Source: Nemertoderma westbladi (lineage: Eukaryota; Animalia; Xenacoelomorpha). From it: DNA of 64,000 bases. This document shows, piece after piece, positions 48,957-62,700 of this stretch (position 1 is its first letter; every line of letters starts with the position of its first letter). The stretch lies in the NCBI GenBank assembly GCA_032718475.1, contig JAUCBJ010006747.1, positions 1,663-65,662 on the forward strand, read 5' to 3'. The position numbers and the translations under genes are program-made. The notes under the pieces are model-generated. The model saw only the letters and a program-made list of their open reading frames with translations, had not been told where the DNA came from and ran no database searches.

Positions 48957-49272
48957 GTAAGTAATTCGCTGACGACAAAAATTAGAGAAAAAAAAAGAAA
49001 AAAATGATGAATATAATTTTGGGTGTTGGTTTGGGGCACTGTTGTCACCATATTGAATTACAGTATATTTTCAGCCAATAATGTGCAGACACACGTATTT
49101 TTCGGCTATAACGCATTACAACTCACACGGAAGTGGAATGAGCATGACATTGCAGCCTCTTCAAGCACGGATATGACGTCACATCAAGGAAGTGTTATAT
49201 CCGCAATACGTCAAGCAGTCCGGCTTCGCTTATGAAAATTTTGTATATCATGCAAGGTGTACTAAATAACAG

Positions 49273-50331
49273 GTCATGCAGCGAGCGGATTGGTGAAATT
49301 AGCGTTGGCCTATCTTTTACCTATTTATGGCACTATTTTCATAATATTTCCTTAGAAACCTCTTATCTGCTACTTTAGCTACTTAGAGGATATGACTAAA
49401 GGTTCATATGACTCAGGTAAAATGTCTTTCTGTAATTTTAATAATGTTGTTATATAAGGAAACCGGGTGCAAAGTTAAAACTTTGAGCGCCTCTAATTCA
49501 AGACGACATGGGGCTACTATTATTTACTATTTTATATTATATGCGCACTAACATGCCTGGGTCCTGTCCTTTTCTCTAATAATAATTGTTAACCGAAATT
49601 TAATATTCTGGAATGTCAAAATCATGCTATCACAAGACTTGCTCTCTGATTGGACAGTTGTGTCACAAATCTTGCTTTGTGATTGGACAGTTGTGTTTAT
49701 TGGCACTTATTGAGCTTTGTAAATATGATTCACAATTGACGATTCTATCCCACAAATAAAACGTTGGCAAATTTAATTTATTATAATATTTAAACAGACA
49801 AACGGAAAAAAAATGTTGTTTTACAGAATTGGTAGACAATTATTTAAATTTTTCATTATGAATGGGATAATCTTTTAGGCTCGTTAAGCCGAGGAATGCC
49901 TTCACCGCCATGGGTGATCTTTCACAGTAAACCCTTCCGCTCCTTCATTCAAATTTTTCATTATTCTTATTACCATGGCGACGGGAATGTAAAAAAATTC
50001 AAATGTAAAATATTTTGATAGTCTTTTATTCCCTTTAATCACCTACCAAATCTCAAGAACAGAATCCATCGTAGTCTTGAAATACAGGCGCTCAAAGTTT
50101 TAACTTTGCACCCGGTTACGTTGGCAACAAACAACAAGATAACAATTTTAGAAAGATATTTCATTACTTTCTATGAACCCTAGTCATCATATCAACCTAA
50201 CAAAAGTTGGACATAAGAAGTTTGTTACAAAAGATGTTTTTCAGTTTAAGAAGGAAACATTATGAAAATAATATCATAAATAGGGAAACGATCGGCCTCC
50301 GCTAATTTCAACAATCCGCTCGCTGCATGAC
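49273..50331. mobile_element. Foldback/long-TIR non-autonomous element in the intron
   Basis: GTCATGCAGCGAGCGGATTG and CAATCCGCTCGCTGCATGAC are inverted, as are AACCGGGTGCAAAGTTAAAACTTTGAGCGCCT and AGGCGCTCAAAGTTTTAACTTTGCACCCGGTT. Confidence 0.85.
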
Positions 50332-51899
50332 TCATGAGTCGATCATGATTTTTTCTTCTGTTGTTTAGTAGGCCTACAGAAGGATCTGTAGTACCATCTG
50401 AGTTGGAGTTATCGGCCAAGAGTTTGGCACTAGGCTATCTTCTGTGAAAATTTTAGCTCAATTATTTTTTTTTGAAAAATTTATGGGGGTTTTAGTATGT
50501 TCGGGCTATCTTTCGAGCATCATATATTTTGAGATAGATAAAGAGAAGCAGTTACATAATGGATCATAGAACATCGAAATGGACATGTTTTACATAACCA
50601 ATACTCACGATTGTGGCCCTATAGAAGCTGAACATTTTGGTATATGTTTGAAAAAAATTGAGTGAAAAATAAAAAAGTAGTAGGGAATTTGCGGGAAATG
50701 TAAAACTTTCAGTTATATGTTCTGCTCAGTTCTTTTAACGGTTATATATTGTATTTATTCTATTTGCCTGAAGAAGGACTATATAGTCAGAAGGCTAGTA
50801 GCATTTATACCATAACTTAATTCTGCTTAATATTTACTATCCCCGCATTCCTGTCATGTTCTTCGCACATTTAATTTATGAACTTGCAACATACAAGAAA
50901 AATATAAAAGTTCTAGGGAATTTAGTGATAAAAAGTGTCAAACTGAGGAAAATGAGGTTTTATATAGAGAGTCATGAATATCAGCCATGAATACTGTTGC
51001 GGAAAATTACAGTTTTGTGGTCAAAAATCAATCAATTGTGAAAACCGATGTCAGCACATGAAAGCCCTTCTATCAAACCAGAAAATTAGAAGAAAATTTT
51101 TTTTTTTTAATTTTCAAAAATTTTAGATGGGTGATTTTCCTCTTAATTGTTACACAGTTACCAATGTAAGAGGCGTTACAATTAGTCTATAGTAACGGGT
51201 TTGATTGGCCAAAAAAATGTTAGCTAGAAGTAGTTCAATCAGGGGTAAAAAAATAAATCGAAAAAATAAATAAAAAATAAAAAAAAAATCGAGTTGCGGG
51301 GTGTTGTATTAATTAAAACGTAGAGGAATAGCTATTTAGATAACAGTAGTAGAGATATCAGCTTTAACAATTCAGGTGGCAGTTTAGTTAAAAGGTGGAC
51401 GGCTAAGTAATTTGATTTTTGATCCGAAATAATCGCTGTTGCCATGTTGATCGCATAAAAACGAAACACAAAGGAATTTATATTTATTATGAAAACAAAT
51501 AAGGACAGAACATAATAATGCCGATAGTGGTAGTTTATTTGAGAAGGAGGCATTTAATTATCCAACGGATATGTTGTTAAAAATAAATAAAATATATAAA
51601 TAACTTTACATTAATTGATTAATAAAATTGTAATTTAAAAGTTTGTAAAACTTTTTTTGTGATTGTAATACCCTATTTTTTTAATATTGTACTTAATAAT
51701 AATAAACAACATTGTATTTGATGGCTAAATACACCAACCACAAAACAAGCACGATGGGTAAAAAGTTATTAAATAATAATAAAAACACTGATTGTATTTT
51801 ATTACATAATACATAATTTGAATATTTGTTTCGAGTTAATTAAAATGTATAGAATAGTGTGAAGGAAATTAAAATAATGGATGGAGGGAGAAGATAGGA

Positions 51900-53050
51900 T
51901 TAAGGTGCCATGTTGGTCTTCCGGTAGCAGCGGTACTCGGTGAGGTTGAATGATTCCTTTATGCGGGAGGCATTCCCAGCTTGGATTGCAATCCTAAGGC
52001 GTTGACACAGGAATTGCGTAGACCTCTTGTTGCCGCTGACCTTCTCCAAGCGGTGGCATAACTGGCAAAGGAATGGCTAGGATGAAGGGCCTATGCCACC
52101 AAATATGCCACGACAGCGATGAGCGTCTGGACTAAGTAGTCTTTGGCAAAGTTCGAATACTTCAACTTCAAGCTTCCGTCCTTCTGCCAATTCAGCGACT
52201 GATGACCCATCTAAGCATAAGCATGCGGCATTGAGTATGAGGCGGCAAGGCGATGGGTGCAGGTAAAGTGCCACACGAGGGCTTTACCGTTTGACCAGGG
52301 GAGCAGAATGGCTCCATCGGGGCGCTTTAGGTCGTTGTCGTTGCTGAGCCCGACTGGTTCAAGGGTTGCGGATACCTCAGCGGATTGGAGAGCACGGTAG
52401 GTGGTGTCATTGCACAAGAGGTGTCGTGCGTGTCGGCTCGTGGCAAACTTGCAGACTAAGGCATGGCTGGCTGAAGAATCAACGACGGCGCCACACTCAT
52501 AAGGGTGGGAAGTGCAAACAGGTGCGCCAAGACGGAGAGCAACAGCCACACCGAACTGTTCATCGGCAATGCGGAGGCCAAGGGTAGCAGAAGGGATGGC
52601 ATTCAACCAATCACCAGAACCAGGTGCTTGGCAGCCCTTGAGGCGGAGTACAGAGCTACAGTGTTATCACTAGATGAAATTAGTGATGCCAGTTGGGATT
52701 TGTATACTGGGTCCTACCAAGATCTTTGGTAGCTTGGTGTCTCAAAAATATCAAAGGAAGGTGAGTACCATTCCCATAACTCGACGGCAGCTCGAAGGAA
52801 CAAAGGTTCATCCAAGTTTCCAGTGATAGCAGAGGTTAGTTCCTGGTTACGGGGTGTACTGAGGCGAGGTAAGCACCTGGGGCTGTCAGCCTAACAGATG
52901 GTACTCCGAGGCCCCCGAACCGACAAGGGAGGCAAGCCTGCGTCCAGCAGTCAGGGGCTAAGGACGTGTTGGTCACATCTTGAAGTGTCTCCATAATGCA
53001 GTTGTCGATGCGCCCAATCAGGTCGGATAAGTAAAGGCTGGATACGTCCT
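51900..53050 (-). mobile_element. 5'-truncated CRE-like non-LTR retrotransposon (zinc knuckle and RLE) in the intron
   Basis: WLNAIPSATLGLRI...VALRLG...ECG...HALVC...RH...LEP...KRPDG...PWSNGKALVW(H)FTC. Confidence 0.85.
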
Positions 53051-53212
53051 GAGGGTACTATACATTAGACTACAACATTAGTGAACATCAATGTTTATTG
53101 TTTATTTAAAATAATTTGTAAATACATCGTTTGCCAGTTGGGCCTAGTTTATTTAATACTGGGTTAATTTTTCGTTTGAGTTTTTATATTGTATTTCTTT
53201 CTATTTCTGCAG

Positions 53213-53439
53213 CCGGTGGCGGTGGTGGTGGTGCGGCTGCACCGGCAGCTCCTGCGTCCAACACCATGATGAATTTTGTGATGCCGGGAGCTGGGGGTGG
53301 TGGACAACAACCCCAGCAATACCCACCCCAGCAGCAATACCCACCGCCTCAACAATCGTACCCGCAACAATACCCCCCGCCCGTGAACGCATCAGCATCC
53401 CAACCCCCTGCGTACCATGAGAAGGATTCTGGATGTTGA
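53213..53439 (+). CDS. Exon 2 of the Shisa-like membrane protein (Pro/Gln-rich tail with PY motif)
   Basis: TTTCTGCAG acceptor whose phase matches exon 1. QYPPQQQYPPP...QPPAYHEKDSGC*. Spliced product about 153 aa. Confidence 0.8.
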
Positions 53440-53759
53440 AATGCGTTACAAATTCAAGTACCGGTACACTCTGGGGCGACGAAGTAAGCGGACTTAGCAT
53501 ACGGGTCCCGCTGTTTCAACATTTGTCTGTCTGTCCATAACTGTCGGTCAGTCTAACCTATCTGTCAACAAATCTTTGAAGGCTAATAACTCAAGTCAAT
53601 TTTTGATCAAATTAAACCAAACTGGTTAGGCCTATAGAATATTGTAGTCTCTCGAAAGTCTGAAATATAACTTGCGTGGGATGACTCAGCAGTTCTCCAG
53701 TCACCCGCTTGAGGGCGACTAGTTAACGATTGAAATAGTGGCACCCGTATGATAAGGCT

Positions 53760-56700
53760 CCCACTAAGGTGTACTGTACATCACAGGCTATTGTTACAGT
53801 AGTTGTTGCATATTTTTATCGGATACTGTAGGCATAACTTGCCTGCAGTAAGTTGTTATTTTAATATTAATGATCGATAATAATTAATAATTGTATTAAT
53901 AATTTAATAGTCTAATAATTTAGAATTTATTATGGAAACTGAAGCAGAGTGGCTGAACCTATTAAATAATAGGGTTTTCGAGGTCGCTGATCACGATAAA
54001 ACTTGTTAAAAATATCTTTTGGAAAAGTAACCGTCATTTTTGGTGCTACTTTGTTCCCCTAGTATGAAAATTACAATACAAGTAAAAAAATATCAAACTA
54101 AATTGTGTTTGGTTTGATAATTCTGAACGTACCTGTTTTCGAGGTCTCTGATTACGATGAAACTAGTTATAAATATTTCTGGTAATGCAAACCCAATTTT
54201 AGTGCCATTCTAGTGCCCCAGAACCAAAATAACAAGTAGCACAAACATATAAACTATTAAATTTTGCCTTTGGTTTTGTAATTCTGTTGCTATACTGGTT
54301 TTCAAGGTAGTTGATCACGATACAACACATTACAAATCATTCGTGGTGACGCAACTGTAAATTTTGGTGCTTGTCTGGTGGGACGAAAATTACAAGTAGC
54401 AAACATTTCAAATTGCAAAAAGCGAATTTGGTTGGATAAAACGATATTTTTGAGTGTCATATTCGTGATCAGCGTCCCAGAAAATCCATAATGTCTAAAA
54501 ATCAGGTTGATTTGGTAATGATTTTTGGTTATCAAACTTTTGCAACCGGTACATGTATTTTTCGTGCCGCACATTGACACATATCAAAAAAAATGTTTTA
54601 TTCGTGTTCAGCATTCCAAAAAAACCATATGGTTATAAAACAAATTTAATTTTGTGGTGATTTTTCATTATCATATTTACACTACGATTTTTTTTCGTGA
54701 CCCAGAGGGCACATTCAAAATTACCAACAATTTTCTAGAATGTTGTATTTGAGTTCAATATTTGTGATCAGTGTACAAAAAAACCGCTATATAGCGCAAA
54801 AAAAATAATTTTAGTGAATTATAAAAACATTTGAAAATTTTAGCACGAAAAATACCTGAGATGGACCAGAGAAAGGGACCACATCAAAAAATTAACATTG
54901 GTTGCGAGAAAAGGACCTGCGTTTTTAATTTTTTGTTTTTATTTAAACACTCCTAACTTTCAATATTTGTGATCAGTGTACAAAAAAACCGCTATATAGC
55001 GCAAAAAAATTAATTTTAGTGAATTATAAAAACATTTGAAAATTTTAGCACGAAAAATACCTGAGATGGACCAGAGAAAGGGACCACATCAAAAAATTAA
55101 CATTGGTTGCGAGAAAAGGGACCTGCGTTTTTAATTTTTTGTTTTTATTTAAACACTCCTAACTTTCAATATTTGTGATCAGTGTACAAAAAAACCGCTA
55201 TATAGCGCAAAAAAATTAATTTTAGTGAATTATAAAAACATTTGAAAATTTTAGCACGAAAAATACCTGAGATGGACCAGAGAAAGGGACCACATCAAAA
55301 AATTAACATTGGTTGCGAGAAAAGGGACCTGCGTTTTTAATTTTTTGTTTTTATTTAAACACTCCTAACTTTTTAACTAAAAACGATATTAACGAAAACT
55401 GGCTCCATATTCGGAAAGCCCAGAAAATTCTGCATCTAATAGGCCTAAAAACGCAAAATCGACCCCCAGGTCCCTTTTCTCGCAACCAGCCACCATCACC
55501 ATCAGTGTCACAAAACGTCTATGATCACGGTAGATGGTCTGGTAAGCAATTATTGTTCGTGACTGGGGTTTGTGTGGGGATTAAATTTTACTCAAAACCA
55601 ACCAAACACTGTAGACTGTAGGCATACTGTAGTTTCACAACAATTACTGTAAGTAGAAGGTAATTAAAGTATTATTTCGGTCTGCTGAATACTGTAACAG
55701 GAAGTCGGGGTATTATATTCACTCGGTTGTGGTATTATATCTTATATTTAGTCCACTGAGACCCAATACTGTACTGGTTCCGGCTGTGGGAATTATAATT
55801 AAACAATACAGTCAACTGCTGCATGGTCTATTGAACAAAAGTATTACACAGTAGCATGAAGTTTAGTTTGAATTGATATATTACCTTAATTGAAAATAAC
55901 AATGACACTAAACTGTAGTGGGGCCTTTGTGCAGCAAAAGCTACAAGATATCTTAGCGAACAATTATAAATTTACTATGGCTAGTTATATCTCTGGATTT
56001 CGACAATTATGACTTCCGACACACACTGACACACACACCCGACCCCAGAGACTTTTAGAAAACGGCCATAATATAATTATAACATTTCGCTGATGGCTCG
56101 CAGTTTTGACTCGCCCCTCAAATTTGATATACAGTAGTTTCAAAGCTTAGGTTTGGTTTGATTTAAATATACGTGACTGCCCTGCAATCTGTGATGTTCT
56201 CATTGTAGTTTTAGGAACGAATTACCGGAAAGAAAAGATGGACGGCTTTGAACTTTTTAAATCGAAACTTAAGAGTTGAAAATAAGTTTTAGCACCACAG
56301 GGTGTTTTCATGTAAATTTGGCGCTATAGAAATATACAAATTATAATAATACATAAAATTACTACATAGTTACTGTAGAGTGTATAGTTAATCATTGTAG
56401 CCGTGATGGTTCATGTTTAATATAAACTACCAACTGTCAGTGTCACCACCAAGTGTCAGACTTCCAACCGCGGTGGTCACCAGTTCGATCCCACCTGGAC
56501 GTCATTGCCGTCTTTGCAAATACAAAAAAAATGAAGAGAGCTGCTGAGCTGAAGATTTAAGAAGACGGTTGAACCGAGCCCGAATTTCACGTCAGGCAAA
56601 CGAGACTTACCGCTGCGCCGGTACTTCACTTTCCGTTCACTAGTACCCAAGGTATTGTTCGTGGTAATTTCCTGCACATTTAAGGCCCGGGTTCTTACCT

Positions 56701-59700
56701 TGAATCAATCCTCGCGCCCACGCGCTCAGGCCCTTCGCGATTTCAGGTACGGCCCGCCCCCCCTACTCCACTCTGCTCGCTTCCTCTCCACTCCGATTTT
56801 CGCGTTTTTAGAATATTCGGTGACGGTTCTATTTAAACACTATTTTGTGATTAATGGAGATGTTTCTTAATTATGTGAATTAAAATGAAATTAAGATTGG
56901 TTTGCTTATGAAGTTATCGGTATTATTAATAGTTAATATTGTTAATTGTTAATGTTAATTAAAATGAAATTAAGATTGGTTTGCTTATGAAGTTATCGGT
57001 ATTATTAATAGTTAATATTGTTAATTGTTAATAACGGAAATATTGTTGTAAATTCGTTAAAGTGCATTGGTTGTAGGTATTCATACTTGGTATTCAAATT
57101 ACGAGTTATTCATACTTGCACAGAATTTGACGGCTTTTGACAAGGAATTATTTGTTAGCAAGGCAAAATGAATCAGTTATCCCACAAAAGCTTTTACACC
57201 CACTAAGGTGTACTGTACATCACAGGCTATTGTTACAGTAGTTGTTGCATATTTTTATCGGATACTGTAGGCATAACTTGCCTGCAGTAAGTTGTTATTT
57301 TAATATTAATGATTGATAATAATTAATAATTGTATTAATAATTTAATAGTCTAATAATTTAATTTTTTAATGTAGTTGATCACGATACAACCCATTACAA
57401 ATCATTCGTGGTAACGCAACTGTAAATTTTGGTGCTTCTCTGGTGGGACGAAAATTACAAGTAGCAAACATTTCATATTGGAAAAAGCGAATTTGGTTGG
57501 ATAATACGATATTTGAGTGTCATATTCGTGATCAGCGTCCCAGAAAATCTATAATGTCTAAAAATTAGGTTGATTTGGTAATTATTTTTGGTTATCAAAC
57601 TTTTGCTACCGGTACATGTATTTTTCGTGCCGCACATTGACACATATCAAAAAAAATGTTTTATTTGTGTTCAGCATTCCAAAAAAACCATATGGTTATA
57701 AAACAAATTTAATTTTGTGGTGATTTTTCATTATCATATTTGCACTACGATTATTTTCGTGACCCAGAGGGCACATTCAAAATTACCAACAATTTTCTAG
57801 AATGTTGTATTTGAGTTCAATATTTGTGATCAGTGTACAAAAAAACCTCTATATAGCGCAAAAAAATTAATTTTAGTGAATTATAAAAACATTTGAAAAT
57901 TTTAGCACGAAAAATACCTGAGATGGACCAGAGAAAGGGACCGCATCAAAAAATTAACATTGGTTGCGAGAAAAGGGACCTGCGTTTTTAATTTTTTGTT
58001 TTTATTTAAACACTCCTAACTTTTTAACGAAAAACGATATTAACGAAAACTGGCTCCATATTCGGAAAGCCCAGAAAATTCTGCATCTAATAGGCCTAAA
58101 AACGCAAAATCGACCCCCAGGTCCCTTTTCTCGCAACCAGCCACCATCACCATCAGTGTCACAAAACGTCTATGATCACGGTAGATGGTCTGGTAAGCAA
58201 TTATTGTTCGTGACTGGGGTTTGTGTGGGGATTAAATTTTACTCAAAACCAACCAAACACTGTAGACTGTAGGCATACTGTAGTTTCACAACAATTACTG
58301 TAAGTAGAAGGTAATTAAAGTATTATTTCGGTCTGCTGAATACTGTAACAGGAAGTCGGGGTATTATATTCACTCGGTTGTGGTATTATATCTTATATTT
58401 AGTCCACTGAGACCCAATACTGTACTGGTTCCGGCTGTGGGAATTATAATTAAACAATACAGTCAACTGCTGCATGGTCTATTGAACAAAAGTATTACAC
58501 AGTAGCATGAAGTTTAGTTTGAATTGATATATTACCTTAATTGAAAATAACAATGACACTAAACTGTAGTGGGGCCTTTGTGCAGCAAAAGCTACAAGAT
58601 ATCTTAGCGAACAATTATAAATTTACTATGGCTAGTTATATCTCTGGATTTCGACAATTATGACTTCCGACACACACTGACACACACACCCGACCCCAGA
58701 GACTTTTAGAAAACGGCCATAATATAATTATAACATTTCGCTGATGGCTCGCAGTTTTGACTCGCCCCTCAAATTTGATATAGTTTCAAAGCTTAGGTTT
58801 GGTTTGATTTAAATATACGTGACTGCCCTGCAATCTGTGATGTTCTCATTGTAGTTTTAGGAACGAATTACCGGAAAGAAAAGATGGACGGCTTTGAACT
58901 TTTTAAATCGAAACTTAAGAGTTGAAAATAAGTTTTAGCACCACAGGGTGTTTTCATGTAAATTTGGCGCTATAGAAATATACAAATTATAATAATACAT
59001 AAAATTATTACATAGTTACTGTAGAGTGTATAGTTAATCATTGTAGCCGTGATGGTTCATGTTTAATATAAACTACCAACTGTCAGTGTCACCACCAAGT
59101 GTCAGACTTCCAACCGCGGTGGTCACCAGTTCGATCCCACCTGGACGTCATTGCCGTCTTTGCAAATACAAAAAAAATGAAGAGAGCTGCTGAGCTGAAG
59201 ATTTAAGAAGACGGTTGAACCGAGCCCGAATTTCACGTCAGGCAAACGAGACTTACCGCTGCGCCAGTACTTCACTTTCCGTTCACTAGTACCCAAGGTA
59301 TTGTTCGTGGTAATTTCCTGCACATTTAAGGCCCGGGTTCTTACCTTGAATCAATCCTCGCGCCCACGCGCTCAGGCCCTTCGCGATTTCAGGTACGGCC
59401 CGCCCCCCCTACTCCACTCTGCTCGCTTCCTCTCCACTCCGATTTTCGCGTTTTTAGAATATTCGGTGACGGTTCTATTTAAACACTATTTTGTGATTAA
59501 TGGAGATGTTTCTTAATTATATTTCAATATTTGACATTTTTTTATCAAATATACTAATTACTAAATATACTAATATACTAAGTAGATAGTCTGGTAAGCA
59601 ATTATTGTTCGTGACTGGGGTTTGTGTGGGGATTAAATTTTACTCAAAACCAACCAAACACTGTAGACTGTAGACATACTGTAGTTTCACAACAATTACT

Positions 59701-62700
59701 GTAAGTAGAAGGTAATTAAAGTATTATTTCGGTCTGCTGAATACTGTAACAGGTGTTTTCGAGGTCTCTGATTACGATGAAACTAGTTATAAATATTTTT
59801 GGTAATGCAAACCCAATTTTAGTGCCATTCTAGTGCCCCAGAACGAAAATTACAAGTAGCACAAACATATAAACTATTAAATTTTGCCTTTGGTTTTGTA
59901 ATTCTGTTGCTATACTGGTTTTCAAGGTAGTTGATCACGATACAACACATTACAAATCATTCGTGGTGACGCAACTGTAAATTTTGGTGCTTGTCTGGTG
60001 GGACGAAAATTACAAGTAGCAAACATTTCAAATTGCAAAAAGCGAATTTGGTTGGATAAAACGATATTTTTGAGTGTCATATTCGTGATCAGCGTCCCAG
60101 AAAATCCATAATGTCTAAAAATCAGGTTGATTTGGTAATGATTTTTGGTTATCAAACTTTTGCAACCGGTACATGTATTTTTCGTGCCGCACATTGACAC
60201 ATATAAAAAAAAATGTTTTATTCGTGTTCAGCATTCCAAAAAAACCATATGGTTATAAAACAAATTTAATTTTGTGGTGATTTTTCATTATCATATTTAC
60301 ACTACGATTTTTTTTCGTGACCCAGAGGGCACATTCAAAATTACCAACAATTTTCTAGAATGTTGTATTTGAGTTCAATATTTGTGATCAGTGTCCAAAA
60401 AAACCGCTATATAGCGCAAAAAAATTAATTTTAGTGAATTATAAAAACATTTGAAAATTTTAGCACGAAAAATACCTGAGATGGACCAGAGAAAGGGACC
60501 ACATCAAAAAATTAACATTGGTTGCGAGAAAAGGGACCTGCGTTTTTAATTTTTTGTTTTTATTTAAACACTCCTAACTTTCAATATTTGTGATCAGTGT
60601 ACAAAAAAACCGCTATATAGCGCAAAAAAATAAATTTTAGTGAATTATAAAAACATTTGAAAATTTTAGCACGAAAAATACCTGAGATGGACCAGAGAAA
60701 GGGACCACATCAAAAAATTAACATTGGTTGCGAGAAAAGGGACCTGCGTTTTTAATTTTTTGTTTTTATTTAAACACTCCTAACTTTTTAACGAAAAACG
60801 ATATTAACGAAAACTGGCTCCATATTCGGAAAGCCCAGAAAATTCTGCATCTAATAGGCCTAAAAACGCAAAATCGACCCCCAGGTCCCTTTTCTCGCAA
60901 CCAGCCACCATCACCATCAGTGTCACAAAACGTCTATGATCACGGTAGATGGTCTGGTAAGCAATTATTGTTCGTGACTGGGGTTTGTGTGGGGATTAAA
61001 TTTTACTCAAAACCAACCAAACACTGTAGACTGTAGGCATACTGTAGTTTCACAACAATTACTGTAAGTAGAAGGTAATTAAAGTATTATTTCGGTCTGC
61101 TGAATACTGTAACAGGAAGTCGGGGTATTATATTCACTCGGTTGTGGTATTATATCTTATATTTAGTCCACTGAGACCCAATACTGTACTGGTTCCGGCT
61201 GTGGGAATTATAATTAAACAATACAGTCAACTGCTGCATGGTCTATTGAACAAAAGTATTACACAGTAGCATGAAGTTTAGTTTGAATTGATATATTACC
61301 TTAATTGAAAATAACAATGACACTAAACTGTAGTGGGGCCTTTGTGCAGCAAAAGCTACAAGATATCTTAGCGAACAATTATAAATTTACTATGGCTAGT
61401 TATATCTCTGGATTTCGACAATTATGACTTCCGACACACACTGACACACACACCCGACCCCAGAGACTTTTAGAAAACGGCCATAATATAATTATAACAT
61501 TTCGCTGATGGCTCGCAGTTTTGACTCGCCCCTCAAATTTGATATAGTTTCAAAGCTTAGGTTTGGTTTGATTTAAATATACGTGACTGCCCTGCAATCT
61601 GTGATGTTCTCATTGTAGTTTTAGGAACGAATTACCGGAAAGAAAAGATGGACGGCTTTGAACTTTTTAAATCGAAACTTAAGAGTTGAAAATAAGTTTT
61701 AGCACCACAGGGTGTTTTCATGTAAATTTGGCGCTATAGAAATATACAAATTATAATAATACATAAAATTATTACATAGTTACTGTAGAGTGTATAGTTA
61801 ATCATTGTAGCCGTGATGGTTCATGTTTAATATAAACTACCAACTGTCAGTGTCACCACCAAGTGTCAGACTTCCAACCGCGGTGGTCACCAGTTCGATC
61901 CCACCTGGACGTCATTGCCGTCTTTGCAAATACAAAAAAAATGAAGAGAGCTGCTGAGCTGAAGATTTAAGAAGGCGGTTGAACCGAGCCCGAATTTCAC
62001 GTCAGGCAAACGAGACTTACCGCTGCGCCGGTACTTCACTTTCCGTTCACTAGTACCCAAGGTATTGTTCGTGGTAATTTCCTGCACATTTAAGGCCCGG
62101 GTTCTTACCTTGAATCAATCCTCGCGCCCACGCGCTCAGGCCCTTCGCGATTTCAGGTACGGCCCGCCCCCCCTACTCCACTCTGCTCGCTTCCTCTCCA
62201 CTCCGATTTTCGCGTTTTTAGAATATTCGGTGACGGTTCTATTTAAACACTATTTTGTGATTAATGGAGATGTTTCTTAATTATATTTCAATATTTGACA
62301 TTTTTTTATCAAATATACTAATTACTAAATATACTAATATACTAAGTAGATAGTCTGGTAAGCAATTATTGTTCGTGACTGGGGTTTGTGTGGGGATTAA
62401 ATTTTACTCAAAACCAACCAAACACTGTAGACTGTACATATACTGTAGTTTCACAACAATTACTGTAAGTAGAAGGTAATTAAAGTATTATTTCGGTCTG
62501 CTGAATACTGTAACAGGTGTTTTCGAGGTCTCTGATTACGATGAAACTAGTTATAAATATTTTTGGTAATGCAAACCCAATTTTAGTGCCATTCTAGTGC
62601 CCCAGAACGAAAATTACAAGTAGCACAAACATATAAACTATTAAATTTTGCCTTTGGTTTTGTAATTCTGTTGCTATACTGGTTTTCAAGGTAGTTGATC

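Noticed and set aside
56453-56505. Functional tRNA gene
   Set aside because: Only an anticodon/T-arm-like half and a B-box are visible. I could not build an acceptor stem or D-arm.
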